Below, piece after piece: positions 1 to 12,636 of a stretch of 42,676 nt of DNA. Each line of letters begins with the position of its first letter. Positions within the stretch are counted from its first letter, which is position 1. A program made the translations under genes and the position numbers. The stretch is from Chiloscyllium plagiosum (Eukaryota), in NCBI RefSeq assembly GCF_004010195.1, contig NC_057718.1, forward strand, positions 227,035-269,710, read 5' to 3'. A model generated the notes under the pieces. It was not told the origin of the DNA, did no database searches, and was given only the letters and a program-made list of their open reading frames with translations.

Positions 1-510
1 CAGAGAGCACCTCTGGGCCATCCGGACGAACCAACCCAACCACCCTGTGGCACAGCATTTCAACTCCCCCTCCCACTCCACCGAGGATATGCAGGTCATT
101 GGACTCATCCACCGCCAAACCACAACAACGGGACGGTCGGAGGAGGAGCGTCTTATCTTCCGACTGGGAACCCTCCAACCACAGGGGATGAACTTGGACT
201 TCACCAGTTTCTTCATCCCCCCTCCCCTTGTCTCAGCCGAATCCCTCCAGCCCGGCTCCGCCTTCCTGACCTGCAGTCTTCTTGTTGACCTCTCCGCCTC
301 CATCCTACTCCGACCTATCACCCTCACCTTGACCTCTTTCCACCTATCACATTTCCAACGCCCCTCCTCCAAGTCCCTCCTCCCTACCTTTTATCTTCTC
401 CTGCTGAACACTCTCTGCTCATTCCTGAAGAAGGGCCTGTGCCCGAAACGTCGAATCTCCTGTTCCCTGGATGCTGCCTGACCTGCTGTGCTGTTCCAGC
501 AATAAAGTTT
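1..510 (+). mobile_element. Penelope-like element 3' end: GIY-YIG endonuclease C-terminus plus pseudo-LTR
   Basis: The frame from nt 2 reads REHLWAIRTNQPNHPVAQHFNSPSH...EEERLIFRLGTLQPQGMN, typical of the C-terminal GIY-YIG region of Penelope elements. A pyrimidine-rich UTR, a hammerhead core (425-452) and AATAAA at 501 follow. Confidence 0.85.
421..456 (+). ncRNA. Minimal type I hammerhead ribozyme motif (Penelope-associated)
   Basis: ATTC-CTGAAGA-A-GGGC-ctgt-GCCC-GAAA-CGTC-GAAT. It has the CUGANGA and GAAA cores, 4-bp helix II, helix I ATTC/GAAT, palindromic ACGT in place of helix III, and a GUC cleavage triplet. Confidence 0.75.
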
Positions 511-539
511 CATCAAAGAAGAAATAGTGAGCAGGTTAT

Positions 540-990
540 TGGGACTGATGGGAAATTGTTGGAATCTTTTTTAAAAAATTAATAACAGGAGATTTTCAAC
601 ATCAAACCAACACTCGTCAGAGTCAGCAGGGTTTTATGAACGATGAATGATTTTTAAATGAATTGCTCGAGTTCTTTAAAGAAGGGACATGCAACATGGA
701 TAATGGGGGTCCTGGAAATGTAGTATGACTGGACTTCTAAAAGGCATTGAATAAGATGCTGCACCAAACATGAATCCATAAAGTAAGAACACCATTTCAT
801 TAGGAATAATTTATTAGTTTGGATAGAGGATTGGTGAACTAACAAAATGCAGTGAGATGGAAGGGGGCTGTGTAGCTTTCTGTTTGGCAATCTTTGGTGT
901 GCCATAGAATTCAGATGTCAGGCCCCAACTATCTGCATTCAGTCATGATCATATTAAATGGCAGAGCAGGCTTGAGAGCCTGAATTACCA
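540..990 (+). mobile_element. Degenerate CR1 LINE fragments (RT pieces and 3' tail)
   Basis: Contains decayed GAGTCAGCAGGGTTTT and AAGGCATTGAATAAG RT remnants and a CR1-like tail (catgatcatattaaatggcagagcaggcttgag). Confidence 0.55.
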
Positions 991-992
991 AT

Positions 993-1290
993 TGGTTAGA
1001 TTCCCTACATTATGGAAACAGGTCTTTCAGCCCAACAAGTCCACACTGACCCTCCGAAAAGTAACCCACTCAGACCCATTCCCCAACCCTATATATACCC
1101 ATGGCTATGGACAATTTAGCATGGCCAATCCACCTAACCGACACATCTTTGGACTGTGGGAGGAAACCGGAGCATCCAGAGGAAACCCACACAGACATGG
1201 GGAGAATATGCAAACTCCACACAGACAGTCAAACCTGGGTCCCTGGTGCTGCGGGGCAGCAGTGCTAAACACTGAACCACCATGCCACCC
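993..1290 (-). mobile_element. HE1-like (V-SINE) tRNA-derived SINE
   Basis: The reverse complement reads GGGTGGCATGGTGGTTCAGTGTTTAGCACTGCTGCC (tRNA head), GGGTTTCCTC..GCTCCGGTTTCCTCCCACAGTCCAAAGATGTG (V domain) and a CR1-type tail. It matches the other copies in the window. Confidence 0.85.
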
Positions 1291-2253
1291 AAATTGATAC
1301 TCTTCATTCTTATTCAGCATTTTGGATGTGCTACAGAGGAACTGGAGTGTGTACTGGCGAGCTCACTCTGAAACATTCAGACATCAGAGGTGTTGCTGCA
1401 TCTCCCTGATGGTCTGCTCCCTGATGTTCCCAGTGGCCCCGTTGCTCTCATCACACACAAGATATTTTGATGTAGTTAATTGGCGGTGGGAAGTGGTGAT
1501 GGGGAGGGTGTTTTGAACAGTATATCAAGGGGATGGCCTCTATCTGAGAGGCTACCCTTTTATTCTACTTGGAAACCTGAAGATGATGGGATTGGCTCAC
1601 TGCTTCTGAATGAAGAGTTTGTGGCTCTGCCAGGACACTGGTTGTTCACCAACATGATATACTGTGCATGGTCACACCACAACATTAATGAACTGAGAGT
1701 TCTTCCAGTTCATCCACCTCTCCCCTTTGACATGTGGACCCCGCAGAGTCATGTACACCATCGGGAATCACGCTATATTGAGAAACAAGGATACACACAA
1801 CACGTCCCCGCTGAGGGAGAAAACACTGAACTAACCACATCTGCCATATATACCCTCCATTACCTAATAGTGGCATTGATGTCAAAATACAGGGAGATGA
1901 TGGATATATCACCCACTCCTGCCTGGAAAGTTCCAGATCATGGAACCTGAATGAAACTGTGACACTAACAGCCACTGGCAGCACCGTCCTCCCCCTGGTG
2001 TGAAGCTGAAGGTCGTGTTGAAGGAAGTGACACTGCTCAGTGGTCAGCTCCTTGTTCAGTTAGGATCCCCTCATAACCTGCTCCTGGGTTAAATATAACT
2101 TGGGAAGCTGTTCTTGGGAAAACCTGGAGTGAATACGGCAGATGCTTTTCCGTACTCCGTGGTTTCAGAGCTTCCCCTCTCTGCAGCCTCTGCTCCATCT
2201 GTTGTTCATGTTGCAGACCCAGGTGCTGTATCTACAGTTCCCATGCTCAAGTT

Positions 2254-3170
2254 TCACAACATCTTTCTGGTAGAAAGGAGATCAGATTTGCACGCAATAT
2301 TCCAAAGGTGGCATAGCCAATTTCTGTACAGCCGCAACATGACCCCCCAACTCCTGTCCTCAATACTCTGACTAATAAAGGAAAGCATACCAAATGCCTT
2401 CTTCACTATCCTATCTACCTGTGACTCCACTTTCAAGGAGCTATGAACCTGCACTCCAAGGTCTATTCAGCAACACTCTCTAGGGCCTTACCATTAAGTA
2501 TATAAGTCCTGCTAGGATTTACTTTCCCAAAATGCAGCACCTCACATTTATCTAAATTAAACTCCATCTGCCACTTCACAGCCCATTGGCCCATCTGGTC
2601 CAGATCCTGTTGTAATCTCAGGTAACCTTCTTTGCTGTCCACTACTCTTCTAATTTTGGTGTCATCTGCAAACTTACTAACTGCACCTCTTACGCTCAGA
2701 TCAAAATCATTTATACAAATGACGAAAAGTAGTGGGCCCAGCACCAATCCTTGTGGCACTCCACTGGTCACAGGCCTTCAGTCTGAAAAACAACCCTCCA
2801 CCACCGCCCTCTGTCTTCTACCTTTGAGCCAGTTCTGTATCCAAATGGCTAGTTCTCCCTGTATTCCATGAGATCTAACCTTGTTAACCAGTCTCCCATG
2901 GGGAACCTTATCGAATGCCTTACTGAAGTCCAAATAGATCACGCCCTCATCAATCCTCTTTGTTACTTCAAAAAACTCTATTAAGTTTGTGAGACATGAC
3001 TTCCCATGCACAAAGTCATGTTGACTATCCCTATCCCGAATCAGTCCTTGCCTTTCCAAATAAATGTACATCGTGTCCCTCAGGATTCCTTCCAACAACC
3101 TGCCCACCACCGACATCAGGCTCACTGGTCTATAGTTCCTTGGCTTGTCCTTACAACTTTCTCAAATAGT
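2254..3170 (-). mobile_element. CR1 LINE ORF2 (RT) fragment, disrupted
   Basis: ORFs contain KSCLTNLIEFF, YLDFSKAFDKVPHGRL, SGVPQGLVLGPLLF, KFADDTK and WQMEFNLDKCEVLHFG. Confidence 0.9.
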
Positions 3171-3939
3171 GGATCAACTGAGAAGGACAAACACAGGAGT
3201 TCCCTGGACAAGCACAGACATGCTCAATTCCATCATGGAATATCACATGGAACGCACGGGGAAATGCACAACAGCCCAACACACACCATTTCGTTGTTTC
3301 TGAAGTTCACAAGGACATACATAATATACTAGGGAGCCAAAAAACCATGTTTGTGGAAAGTTACAGAGAACCAGAAAGATTCACTTTAAATATAGAAACA
3401 GGTAATGAATTATCTGAGAAGATATTGCACAAATATATGGAAGAATACAGAGAATTGAGACTAACAGGAGGAGTGGACCATGAAGGGTCCAAATCACAGA
3501 ATTGATAAAGACATTGCTATATCAGTTGAAATGGGTCATTACATCAAATTCTAAATGTGCATCACAGAATCAGCCGTGACACCATAAACTTGAACAAGAT
3601 GGTAGTCCATCATGGAGAGTATTGCAAACCTTTATTGGTACACTTCTTGCACTCGATAACTGCCTGGCATGGGGAAATTTGCAGCTAATGCTGTGGGTGA
3701 CTGTAAATGGCGCTCCCACAAATCTTTGTTTCTATATCTTTATGGTACCAGAAAAAAGGAAGGGGTTTATGTGTTTGTTGTTGATGTGATGAAGTGAGCA
3801 GTGGTAGATGTGGAGGTCACATTTTGAGAGAGAACACACATGGAGGGAATCAGTTTAGATATGAATTGGCAGGGGTTTAGGTAAATGACAGTGAGGGACT
3901 GAGGGACATTTCATGGACAGGTGTGATGACCTGCTTGTC

Positions 3940-4035
3940 ACCTGCTCTTGGATGCTGCCTGACCTGCTGTGCTTTTCCAGCACCACTCTGATCTAAACTC
4001 TGATTTCCAGCATCTGCAGTCCTCACTTTTGCCTT
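3940..4035 (+). mobile_element. Penelope-like pseudo-LTR fragment (5'-truncated, no hammerhead core)
   Basis: GGATGCTGCCTGACCTGCTGTGCTTTTCCAGC is shared with 469-500, 12302-12333 and 42212-42242. Confidence 0.7.
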
Positions 4036-4492
4036 GAGAATATTAAAATCAGGGCATTGCCGGATGCAATCACAGTCAAGATCAGTGTGCATAGGAATGA
4101 CTGATGGATAGGGTTATTGTGTCAGTTTGGATATGGGCCGCTGAGTATTGACTCAGATTTGCCTCTGCATATTTGAAGTTGGTATTGTCAGCAGCAGATT
4201 TTTGACATCATTAAGATTGTATTTCATAGCTGAAAGTTCAAAAAGCAGATGGAATGAGCCAGTGAAGTGTATTCTGCAGTTATTAGTAGCTAAAGTTAGG
4301 ACTGGTCAGGGTATGGTGACATGAATCAGCTCATGGCCAAAGGGATTACTACAGTTGTGAGTCATCTGTTTCACCCTCAGATATTAGCCAGGGATGGGAT
4401 GGAGTCAAAAGAATGAAATGGACTTTGTAACCAGATCATAAGACAGTGAACTCCATGTTCCTAATGTGAAATGGCAAGGGCAGGAATACACT

Positions 4493-4822
4493 GAATTAGA
4501 ATGGAAACAGGCCCTTCAGCCCAACAAGTCCACACCGACCTTCCAAAGAGTTGACCACCCAGACCCATTCCCCTACAGTTAACCCCTGACTGATGTACCC
4601 AAACTACACATCCAGGAACACTATGGGCAATTTAGCACGACCAATCCACCGAACTTGCACATCTTTGGATTGTGGGAGGAAACCGGAGCACCTAAAGGAA
4701 ACCCACGCAGACACGGGGAGAATGTGCAAACTCCATACAGACAAATGCCTGGGATTGGAACCGAACCCAGGTCCCTGGCACTGTCAGGCACCAGTGCTAA
4801 TCACTGAACCATCGTGCCACCC
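4493..4822 (-). mobile_element. HE1-like SINE
   Basis: Same tRNA head, V domain and tail as 993-1290. Confidence 0.85.
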
Positions 4823-5761
4823 CTGTTGTGGTACACAGCTGAAATAGAGTTGGTAAACATGAGAGACCCTGCTAGAAGCAAAGAGGGAGAGAGTGAATGA
4901 ACAAGTTGACTGATGCAGGTAAGAGTGGTTTGCAGAGTCAATGGCTGAGTTCAGAGTCTCAGCAGGAATAATTACATCAGTGCGGAGTGTAGAAAAATGA
5001 AAGAAACAGTAATACAGTCATACATGACTTATAGCAATAAAAACAGGATGGTGGGATTTACCAGGGTCACCAATGATAGCCGGGATAGGATAATAAAAAT
5101 ATTAAATAATCAACCGTTTATAATAGATCTGCAATTCTAATGGTAACCAATGAAATGTAGAAAGATACCAAACCTAATTGGAAACACTTCTGTTCATCTT
5201 AGTAGCATTCCTGTCTCCTATTCTTAGATTCTGATCATTTGTTAGAATATTCCAGTCTACTCTTCTCAGATTCTGATCCATTGTTGGAAGATTCCAGTCT
5301 GATATACTCGCTAATGATCTCTCATCCCCCTCTCTCTGTAGTTACTGACCCCAGTTACTGTTGTTGTGATGCTCCCACCCATACTATGGTATCGCACATT
5401 GAATCAAGCACATTTGTTATTGAAAGGTGGAAACCCTCAAGTGGGTTAATGAGAATCGATGGAGACTGACATTAATCACAGTCACCGAACAAATAGGTTC
5501 AGTTAACTGCTTCCTTCAATCACTTTTCATATCACAATAGAAGGGAACATTTACTCAGTCTGGATGGAATGGATAAGGGTTGTTGAGGGATGGACCATAA
5601 ATCTTTCAATCTTTTTAATCTTTCTTCCATGTAACTGGGAGTAGTGCCAGAGCACTGCAGGGTTGTATATGTCTCACGCTGTTTATTAAAGGAGACAGGG
5701 ATAAAATATCAGACCAGCTGTAGAAAATGATTGATGGGGACCTTTCTAGAAACTATAACAT

Positions 5762-6040
5762 AGGGGGCATAAATTTAAGGTGTTACAAGGGGACATAAAT
5801 TTAAGGTGAAGGGTGGAAGGTATAGGGGAGATGTCAGGGGTGGGTTCTTTACCCAGAGAGTGGTGGGGGCATGGAATGCGCTGCCTGTGGGAGTGGTAGA
5901 GTCAGAATCTTTGGTGACCTTTAAGCGGCAATTGGATAGGTACATGGATGGGTGCTTAAGCTAGGACAAATGTTCGGCACAACATCGTGGGCCAAAGGGC
6001 CTGTTCTGTGCTGTATTGTTCTATGTTCTATGTTCTATGT
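5762..6040 (+). mobile_element. CR1 LINE 3' end with (TTCTATG)n tail
   Basis: Encodes RGHKFKVKGGRYRGDVRGGFFTQRVVGAWNALP, followed by the tail ctatgttctatgttctatg. It is nearly identical to 24201-24455. Confidence 0.9.
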
Positions 6041-6460
6041 AGGATAATAATATTTATTGCTCATGTACTTTGTGTAATGCTGCTATTACTTTTAAATGTC
6101 ATGTTATCAAATCCTTTCATAATCTTGAGACATCATTCAGAACATTGAGACTGCTGCTCAGGAACTAGGGAAAGCTACTCTCCATGTGCATGTTACAGAG
6201 GGATAGGAGGAGGCCATTCACCCCCACGAGCCTCTTACCACTTGAAGGGGTGGAAAGCTGAAATGTTTGCACATTTTGCAAAATGAATCATTCAAAACAT
6301 AGAGAAGTGTTACTGCATCTATTTGCTATCTCACTGAGATGATATCTGGAGTACATTGTGTTGGTTGCGTTTCTGTAAATGAGAAGGAAGGGGCCATCAT
6401 CAGAAACAGTCTACTGTCAGCTCATAATCCACAGGTTGGTGTGCTATTTAATGTCTTGGG

Positions 6461-6684
6461 TCTGTTACAGATGGACAGGAGGAGGTAATTCAGCCTCTAA
6501 AGTCTGTTACAGAGGAGTAGGAAGAAACCATTCAGACTCTCAACTCTATTGCAGAGAGATAGGCCGAGACCATTCAGCATCTCGCGTCTGTTACAGAGGA
6601 AAAGGAGGAGTCTATACAGCCTCTTCAGGCCTGTTACAGAGGGACAGGAGGAGGCCATTCAGCTATTGAGCCTGTTACACAGGT
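6461..6684 (+). repeat. ~42-bp degenerate tandem minisatellite (5+ units; isolated unit at ~6191)
   Basis: Units begin tctgttacaga/cctgttacaga at about 6461, 6503, 6545, 6587, 6630 and 6671. The consensus is roughly CTGTTACAGAGGGATAGGAGGAGGCCATTCAGCCTCTCGAG. Confidence 0.8.
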
Positions 6685-6781
6685 TAGAGCATTAGGGCTA
6701 TTGGAAAAGGCTGAATATTTTCCCGATACCGGTAACTGTATAAGAAGTTTAGAAATTCATGAGGGGCATGGATAACATTAA

Positions 6782-7630
6782 TATCCTGCCACAAGCACAA
6801 TTTTTAAATTGAATTGCTGTTACAATAAACTCCATCTGAACAGCCTAGCAGAGTTGTCCTTAAATTTCTCCACAAACCTCAATGTCTTATGATCAGTGTA
6901 TATGATTGCCTCAGATATGTTACTGTTAACATAAACACTGAAAGTTAATGACAACACCAAGCTCCAAGTCTTCTTCTCAGTTGTTGAATATTTCTGCGGA
7001 TGAATGTTCACTTTCCTCGAGAAATACCCGATAGGTGTTTCTACCTTCTCATCGTCTTCCTGCTAGAGCATAGCTGGGCGGCACGGTGGCATAGTGGCAC
7101 AATGGTTAGCACTGTTGCCTCACAATACCAGAGGCCAGGTTCAATTCCCGCCTCAGGTGACTGTGTGGAGTTTGCACATTCTTCCCGTGTCTGCATGGGT
7201 TTCCTCCGGGTGCTCCGGTTTCCTCCCACAGTCCAAAAATGTGCAGGTTAGGTGAATTGGCCATGCTAAATTGCCCGTAGTATTAGGTGAAGGGGTAAAT
7301 GTAGGGGGGTGGGTTGCTCTTCAGAGGGTCGGTGTGGACTTGTTGGGCCGAAGGGCCTGTTTCCACACTGTAAGTAATCGAATAAAAAAAAAAGCACCAA
7401 CACCTACTTCACCTGCATCGATAGCTACATTGATTGGCTTTGTGTAATTATGTGTGGTTAACACTGGGGCAGTGATTAACACAGCTTTTAGGGCATCAAA
7501 TGCATTTTGACAGTCCACTGTCACGGAAACTTCTCTCCCTTCTTTAACAATTCAGTGAGTGGAGCAGCCACACGGCTAAATCTTGGTACAAAGTTTTGAC
7601 ATAATCCACTTAATACCAGGAACCAAAGGG
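6782..7630 (-). mobile_element. Gypsy/Ty3 LTR-retrotransposon RT-RNase H fragment, split by a SINE
   Basis: Reads CQNAFDALKAVLITAPVL...VAIDAGEVGVGA, then the SINE, then ...GYFSRK...KYSTTEK...IIYTDHKTL...RLFRWSL, the Gypsy RT-connection/RNase H motif series. Confidence 0.8.
7076..7393 (+). mobile_element. HE1-like SINE (full length)
   Basis: Starts GGGCGGCACGGTGGC, has B-box-like GGTTCAATTCC, the V domain and the tail GGGCCGAAGGGCCTGTTTCCACACTGTA followed by an A run. Confidence 0.9.
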
Positions 7631-7639
7631 ACCTCCGGC

Positions 7640-10490
7640 TATTGGGAGGCCTTTAAAAGTGAAATAGGTAGAATTCAAGTTATATATGCCCCTGTGAGTA
7701 TTTGGTGAAACATTGGCAGGAATAGGAAACCCTGGATGACAAGAGATATTGTGGCTTTGGGCAGAAAATAAAAGAGGTGGGACTCAGGTACAGGCAGCTC
7801 GGAATGAGGGAATCCCTGGAGGTTTGTAAGGGATACAGGAGTTTACCAGAGAAAGGAATCAGCTGGAGACAGTGGAAAGGGTGCAAGAGATAATCTTGGC
7901 TAAGAAGATTAGGGTGTATCTAAAAATGGTTCTTTAAGTATGTAAAAGGAAAATGAATAACTAGAGAGAGAGAAGAGGGCACCTCAAAGACCCATGTGGC
8001 CATGTATGATTAGGACCACAGGAGATGGGTGAGGTCCTTAATGAATATTTTTCTCTGTGTTTACCATGGAGAAAGGGATGAAGAGTTGGAAACTTGGGTA
8101 AGGTAGTGGTGATATCTTGGGGACAGTCCATACCACAGTAGGGGAGGAGTTGGATGTATTAGAAAACATGAAGGGGAATAGATTTCCTCATGTTGACCAT
8201 ACAGATCCAAAAATACTGCAAGAGGTTAGAGAAGGAATTGCAGCCACCATGGCAGATGTTTTTACATCATTGTTAGCCACTGGTAAGGTCCCAGAAGGCT
8301 GGTGGGCAGCGAATGTTGTGCCCTTATTCAAGAAGGGCTGCAAATAAAAACCTGGTTACTATAGATCAGTAATCCTAACATTTAAGGTAGGTGTATTGCA
8401 TGAGAAGATTTGGGGAGATGAAATATCTAGGCATTTGGAGAGACAGGGCTTGATAAGGTGAAGTCAAATTGGCTTTATGCGTGGGAGATCATGCCTCACA
8501 AATTTGTTACTGTTCTTTAATCAAGTGACCAAGAAGGTTGACAAGGACAAGGCGTTAGATATAGTCCATATAGGTTTCAGTAAGGCCTTTGATGAGGAAG
8601 GCAGGAAGGCAGATTACTACCTAAATTTAGTCAAGTTAGGTAAAGGGGCAGTACAAAGAAATCTGGGTGTTCTTTTACACCAGTCAATGAAGGCAAGCAT
8701 GCAGGCACAGCAGGTAGTGAAGAAGGCTAATAGCATGCTGGCCTTCATAACAAGAAGGATTGAGTATAGAAACAAAGAGGTCCTTCTGCAGCTGTACAGG
8801 GCCCTGGTGAGACCGCACCTGGAATATTGTGTGCAGTTCTGGTCTCCAAATTTGAGGAAAGACATTCTGGCTATTGAGGGAGTGCAGCGTAGGTTCACAA
8901 GGTCAATTCCTAGAATGGCGGGACTATCTTATGTTTAAAGATTGGAGCAACTGGGCTTGTAAACCCTTGAATTTAGAAGACTGAGAGGGGATCTGATTGA
9001 GACGTATAAGATTATTAAAGGATTGGACACTCTGGAGGCAGGAAACATGTTTCCGCTGATGGGTGAGTGCCGAACCAGAGGACACAGCTTAAAAATACAG
9101 GATAGAACATTTAGGACAGAGATGAGGAGAAACTTCTTCACCCAGAGAGTGGTGGCTGTGTGGAATGCTCTGCCCCAGAAGGCAGTGGAGGCCCAGTCTC
9201 TGGATTTGTTTAAGAAAGAGTTGGATAGAGCTCTCAAGGATAGAGGAATCAAGGGTTATGAAGATAAGGCAGGAATAGAATACTGATTGAGGATGATCAG
9301 CCATGATCATAATGAATGGTGTGCAGAATGGCCTACACCTGCACCTATTATCTATTGCCTATTGTCTATATTCTCGAGTGTAGATCATTTGAAATGCAGG
9401 TGAGCTGGCAAATTGGATACGCAATTGTCTTGATGGTAGGAAGCAGAGGGTAATCGTGGAAGGATGCGTGTTGTACTAGGGGCGGATGATTAGTGGAGTG
9501 CCTCAGGTGTTGGGGCCATTGCTGTTTGTTATCTATATCAATGATTTGGATGAGAATGTATAAGGCTTGATTAGTACGTTTGCAGATGACACAAAAATAG
9601 AAGGTATCGTGGACATGATGAAGGTTATCATAAATTACAGCAGGACATTGATCAGCTGGGGAAGTGGGTCTAGAAATTGCAAATGGAGTTTAATATAGAT
9701 ATGTGTGATGTCTTGCATTTTGGAAAGTTAAATCAAAGTAGTAGTTTCATACTCTATGTTATGGCCTTAAGTAGTATAGTGGTACAGAAGGATCTTGGAG
9801 TTCAGGTGCATGGTTCTCTGAAATTGGAGTCACAGGTAGACAGAGCAATGAAGAAGGCTTTTTAGCACACTGACCTTCATCAGTCAGGACATTGAGTATA
9901 GAAGTTGGGAGGTTATGTTGCAGTTATACAGGATGTTTGTGAGGCCGCACTTGGAGTATTGTTATCAGTTTGGGTGACCTTGCTATAGGAAGGATATTAT
10001 TAAACTGGAAAGAGTGATGAAGACATTTACAAGAATGCTGCCAGGGTTCAAGGGTCTGACTTATCGGGAGAGGTTGGACAAGCTCAGGCTTCTTCTACTT
10101 TAGAACATAGGAAACTGAGAGTGCATCTAATAGAAGTGTATAAGATCATGAGAGACATGGATAGGGTGAATGCAGTCTTTTCTCCCAGGGTTGGGGAATT
10201 GAGGGCTAGACGGCATCAGTTTAAGGTTGGAGGGGAAAGAAGACAAAGTAACCTGTTGGGCAACGTTTTTACACAGAGGGTGGTACGCATATGGAATGAG
10301 CTGCCAGTGGACATTGTTGAGGTGGGTACATTAACAACAATTAAAAGGCATTTGTATAAATACATGGATAGGAAAGGTTCAGAAGGATATAAGCCAAGTG
10401 CAGGGAAATCAGGTTAGCGAAGGTGGACATGGTATTCGGTATGGACCTGTTTGGGTCAAAGGGTCTATGCTATAGAACTCTATGATGTAA
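7640..10490 (+). mobile_element. Old CR1 LINE ORF2 (about 2 kb, decayed), interrupted by a younger CR1
   Basis: Motifs in order: VPEGWWAANVVPLFKKG, GRSCLTNLL, FSKAFD, [insert], SGVPQ, FADDTK, QMEFN, FTQRVVRIWNELP, then tail ctatgatg. Confidence 0.85.
8598..9370 (+). mobile_element. CR1 LINE 3' portion nested in the older CR1
   Basis: Encodes [19 protein letters not shown] and RNFFTQRVVAVWNALP, with tail (CTATTGT)n. Same subfamily as 39013-39652. Confidence 0.9.
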
Positions 10491-10494
10491 TGAC

Positions 10495-12636
10495 TCTCTG
10501 TCTGCCTGTGGTCTCTGTCTTCCCCTCTCTCTCCCTGAGTTCTCACACTTTGTCTGCTTGTATCTCTGTAGACTTGCAGAAGGCTGGAAGAACACAGCAG
10601 GCCAGGCAGCATCTGTCTCTCTCATTGTGTGTTTTTACTCGCTGTCAGCCTCTCTCTCTCTATTCCTCAGTCTCTCGCCCTGGGCGTTTTCTCTGTCTGC
10701 CTCTATCACTTTGTCTCTCTGTCTCCGTCACTGATTTTCACTCTGTCTGTGTTTCTCTGTTCCCATGTCTCTCTCCCTGTGTTTTACTCTCTATTTGTCT
10801 CTCTCTATATCCCTCTGTTTCTCTCCTTGGTGGTTTCACACTCTGTTTATCTTTCTCTATCCTTCTCTCTCACTCCCTGTGTGTTTCATCCTCTGTCTGT
10901 GTATCTGTCTCTGTCCACATCGCTATCTCTGGGAGTGCTCATGCTCTGCCTGTCTGTGTCTCTTTATCACTCTACCTCTTTTCCTAGGGGTTTTATAGTC
11001 TGCATACCAGTATCTCTCTATTCTGCTGTTGCTCTCCTTGAGGATTTCTACCCCTGTCTGCCAATCTCACTCTACCCCTTTGTCTGAATTTCTGGGAGTT
11101 ACAGATTCTATCTGCTTGTCTCTTTTTCCCTCTGCCTCACTACCTTGGTGTTTCGCACTCTGTCTCCCTCTGTGTGTCTATCTCTATGTTTCAGTCCCTG
11201 AGGTTTCCACACTCTGACTGTATTTCTCTATCCCCCTCTCTCTCTTTCTCTGGGTTTCAGACTCTTTCTGTCCCTCTCTCTCTCTCTATCCCTCTATCTC
11301 TCTCTCCCTGGGTTTCCACAATTTTTCGTGTGTGTCTCCATGTCCCGTGTCTCTCTCTCTCTCTCCCCTTGGATGTTTTATGCTCTGTCTGCCTGTCTGA
11401 ATCTATTCCTCTGCCTCTCTCCTTGGCAATTTCAAACTATGTCTGCCTGCCTCTCTGTATCTCCCTGACTCTCTCGCTGGGAGTTCCATACTCTGCCTGC
11501 CTGTGTCTCTCACTTTTTCTATCTCATTCCCAATGGGATTCATAACTCGCCTGCCTGTGTCTCTCTGTCCACCTGTCCCTCTTCGTGTGGGTCTCACTCT
11601 CTCTCTGCCTGTGTGTCTCGGTCAGTCTGTGTCAGTGCTTGTGTTTCACACACTGTCTGCTGTTTCTCTATAATTCTCTGTCCCCCTGTGGATGTAATCT
11701 CTGTCAACCTGTATCTCTCTCAACTCCTGTCCCTCTATGTGGGGTTTCCAAATCTTATGGCGTGTTTTCCTCTGTCCCCTGTCTTTCTCCCTGGGGCTTT
11801 CACACTTTGGCTGCCTGTGTGTCTTACTCTCTCTCTGTCTCTCTTCCTGGGTGTTTGTACGCTATGTCTGCCCATGTCTCTCTGTAAACCTCTGACTCTG
11901 TCCCTGTGCAGTTCACTCTCTGTCTGCCCCTTTCTCTCGTTCCCGCCGTCTCTCTCACTAAGTTTCACAGTGTTTCTCCATTCCTTTGTTTCTCTCCTGG
12001 GGGGGGCTTCCCTCTCTATCTGTCTCTCTTCATCAATCCCTCTGTCTCTCCCCCCAGGACTTCACACTCTACCTGCCTGTCTCGCCCGATCCCACTGTCT
12101 CTCTCCCTGGGAGTTGCAAACTCTGTCTACCAGCCTCTCACTATGCCTCTGTATTACTTCCAGGGGTTTCAAGTTCTGTTACTTCTCTCTCTCTCTCTCT
12201 GTCCCTCTATCTCTCTGCCTGGGGTTTCATTCTCTGTTTCCCTGTGAAGAGAAATTCCTGATGAAGGGCTTTTGCCAGAAACATCGATTTTCCTGGTCCT
12301 CGGATGCTGCCTGACCTGCTGTGCTTTTCCAGCACCACTCTAATCTTGACTCTGTTTCCCTATGTCTATCCATTCCTCTACCTCTGTCCTTGTGTTTCAC
12401 AATTTTTATGCCTGTCCCTCAAGATTCCTCTGTCTCCCTGCCTGCATTTGAGACTCTGTATGCCTCTGTGACTCCTGCTGGCTGTTTTCATGCTCTGTCT
12501 GCCTGTCTTTCTTTATCTGCCTGTTTGTCTGTCTCTCTCTCTCCCTGGGCGGTTCACTCTCTGTCTGCCCCTGTCTCTGTGTCTCTCTATCTTTCACTGA
12601 GTTTCACTCCATATCTGTCCCTCTCTCTATGTACAT
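10495..12636. repeat. CT-rich degenerate satellite (~50-bp unit)
   Basis: Recurrent CTCTCTCCCTGGGG(G)TTTCACACTCTGTCTGCCTGTGTCTCTCT motif. It continues on the far side of ERV-A at 22299-23035. Confidence 0.8.
12253..12350 (+). mobile_element. Penelope-like pseudo-LTR with degenerate hammerhead motif
   Basis: AATTC-CTGATGA-A-GGGC-tttt-GCCA-GAAA-CATC-GATT followed by GGATGCTGCCTGACCTGCTG. Confidence 0.75.

Noticed and set aside
5221..5300. Two-copy ~45-bp repeat (agattctgatc..ttgtt..ttccagtct)
   Set aside because: A simple local duplication with no further structure.
6461..6684. Possible CRISPR-like array
   Set aside because: Whole units are diverged copies with no unique spacers, there are no cas genes, and the context is eukaryotic.
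7076..7160. tRNA gene
   Set aside because: It is the tRNA-derived head of a SINE, continuous with the V domain and LINE-type tail.
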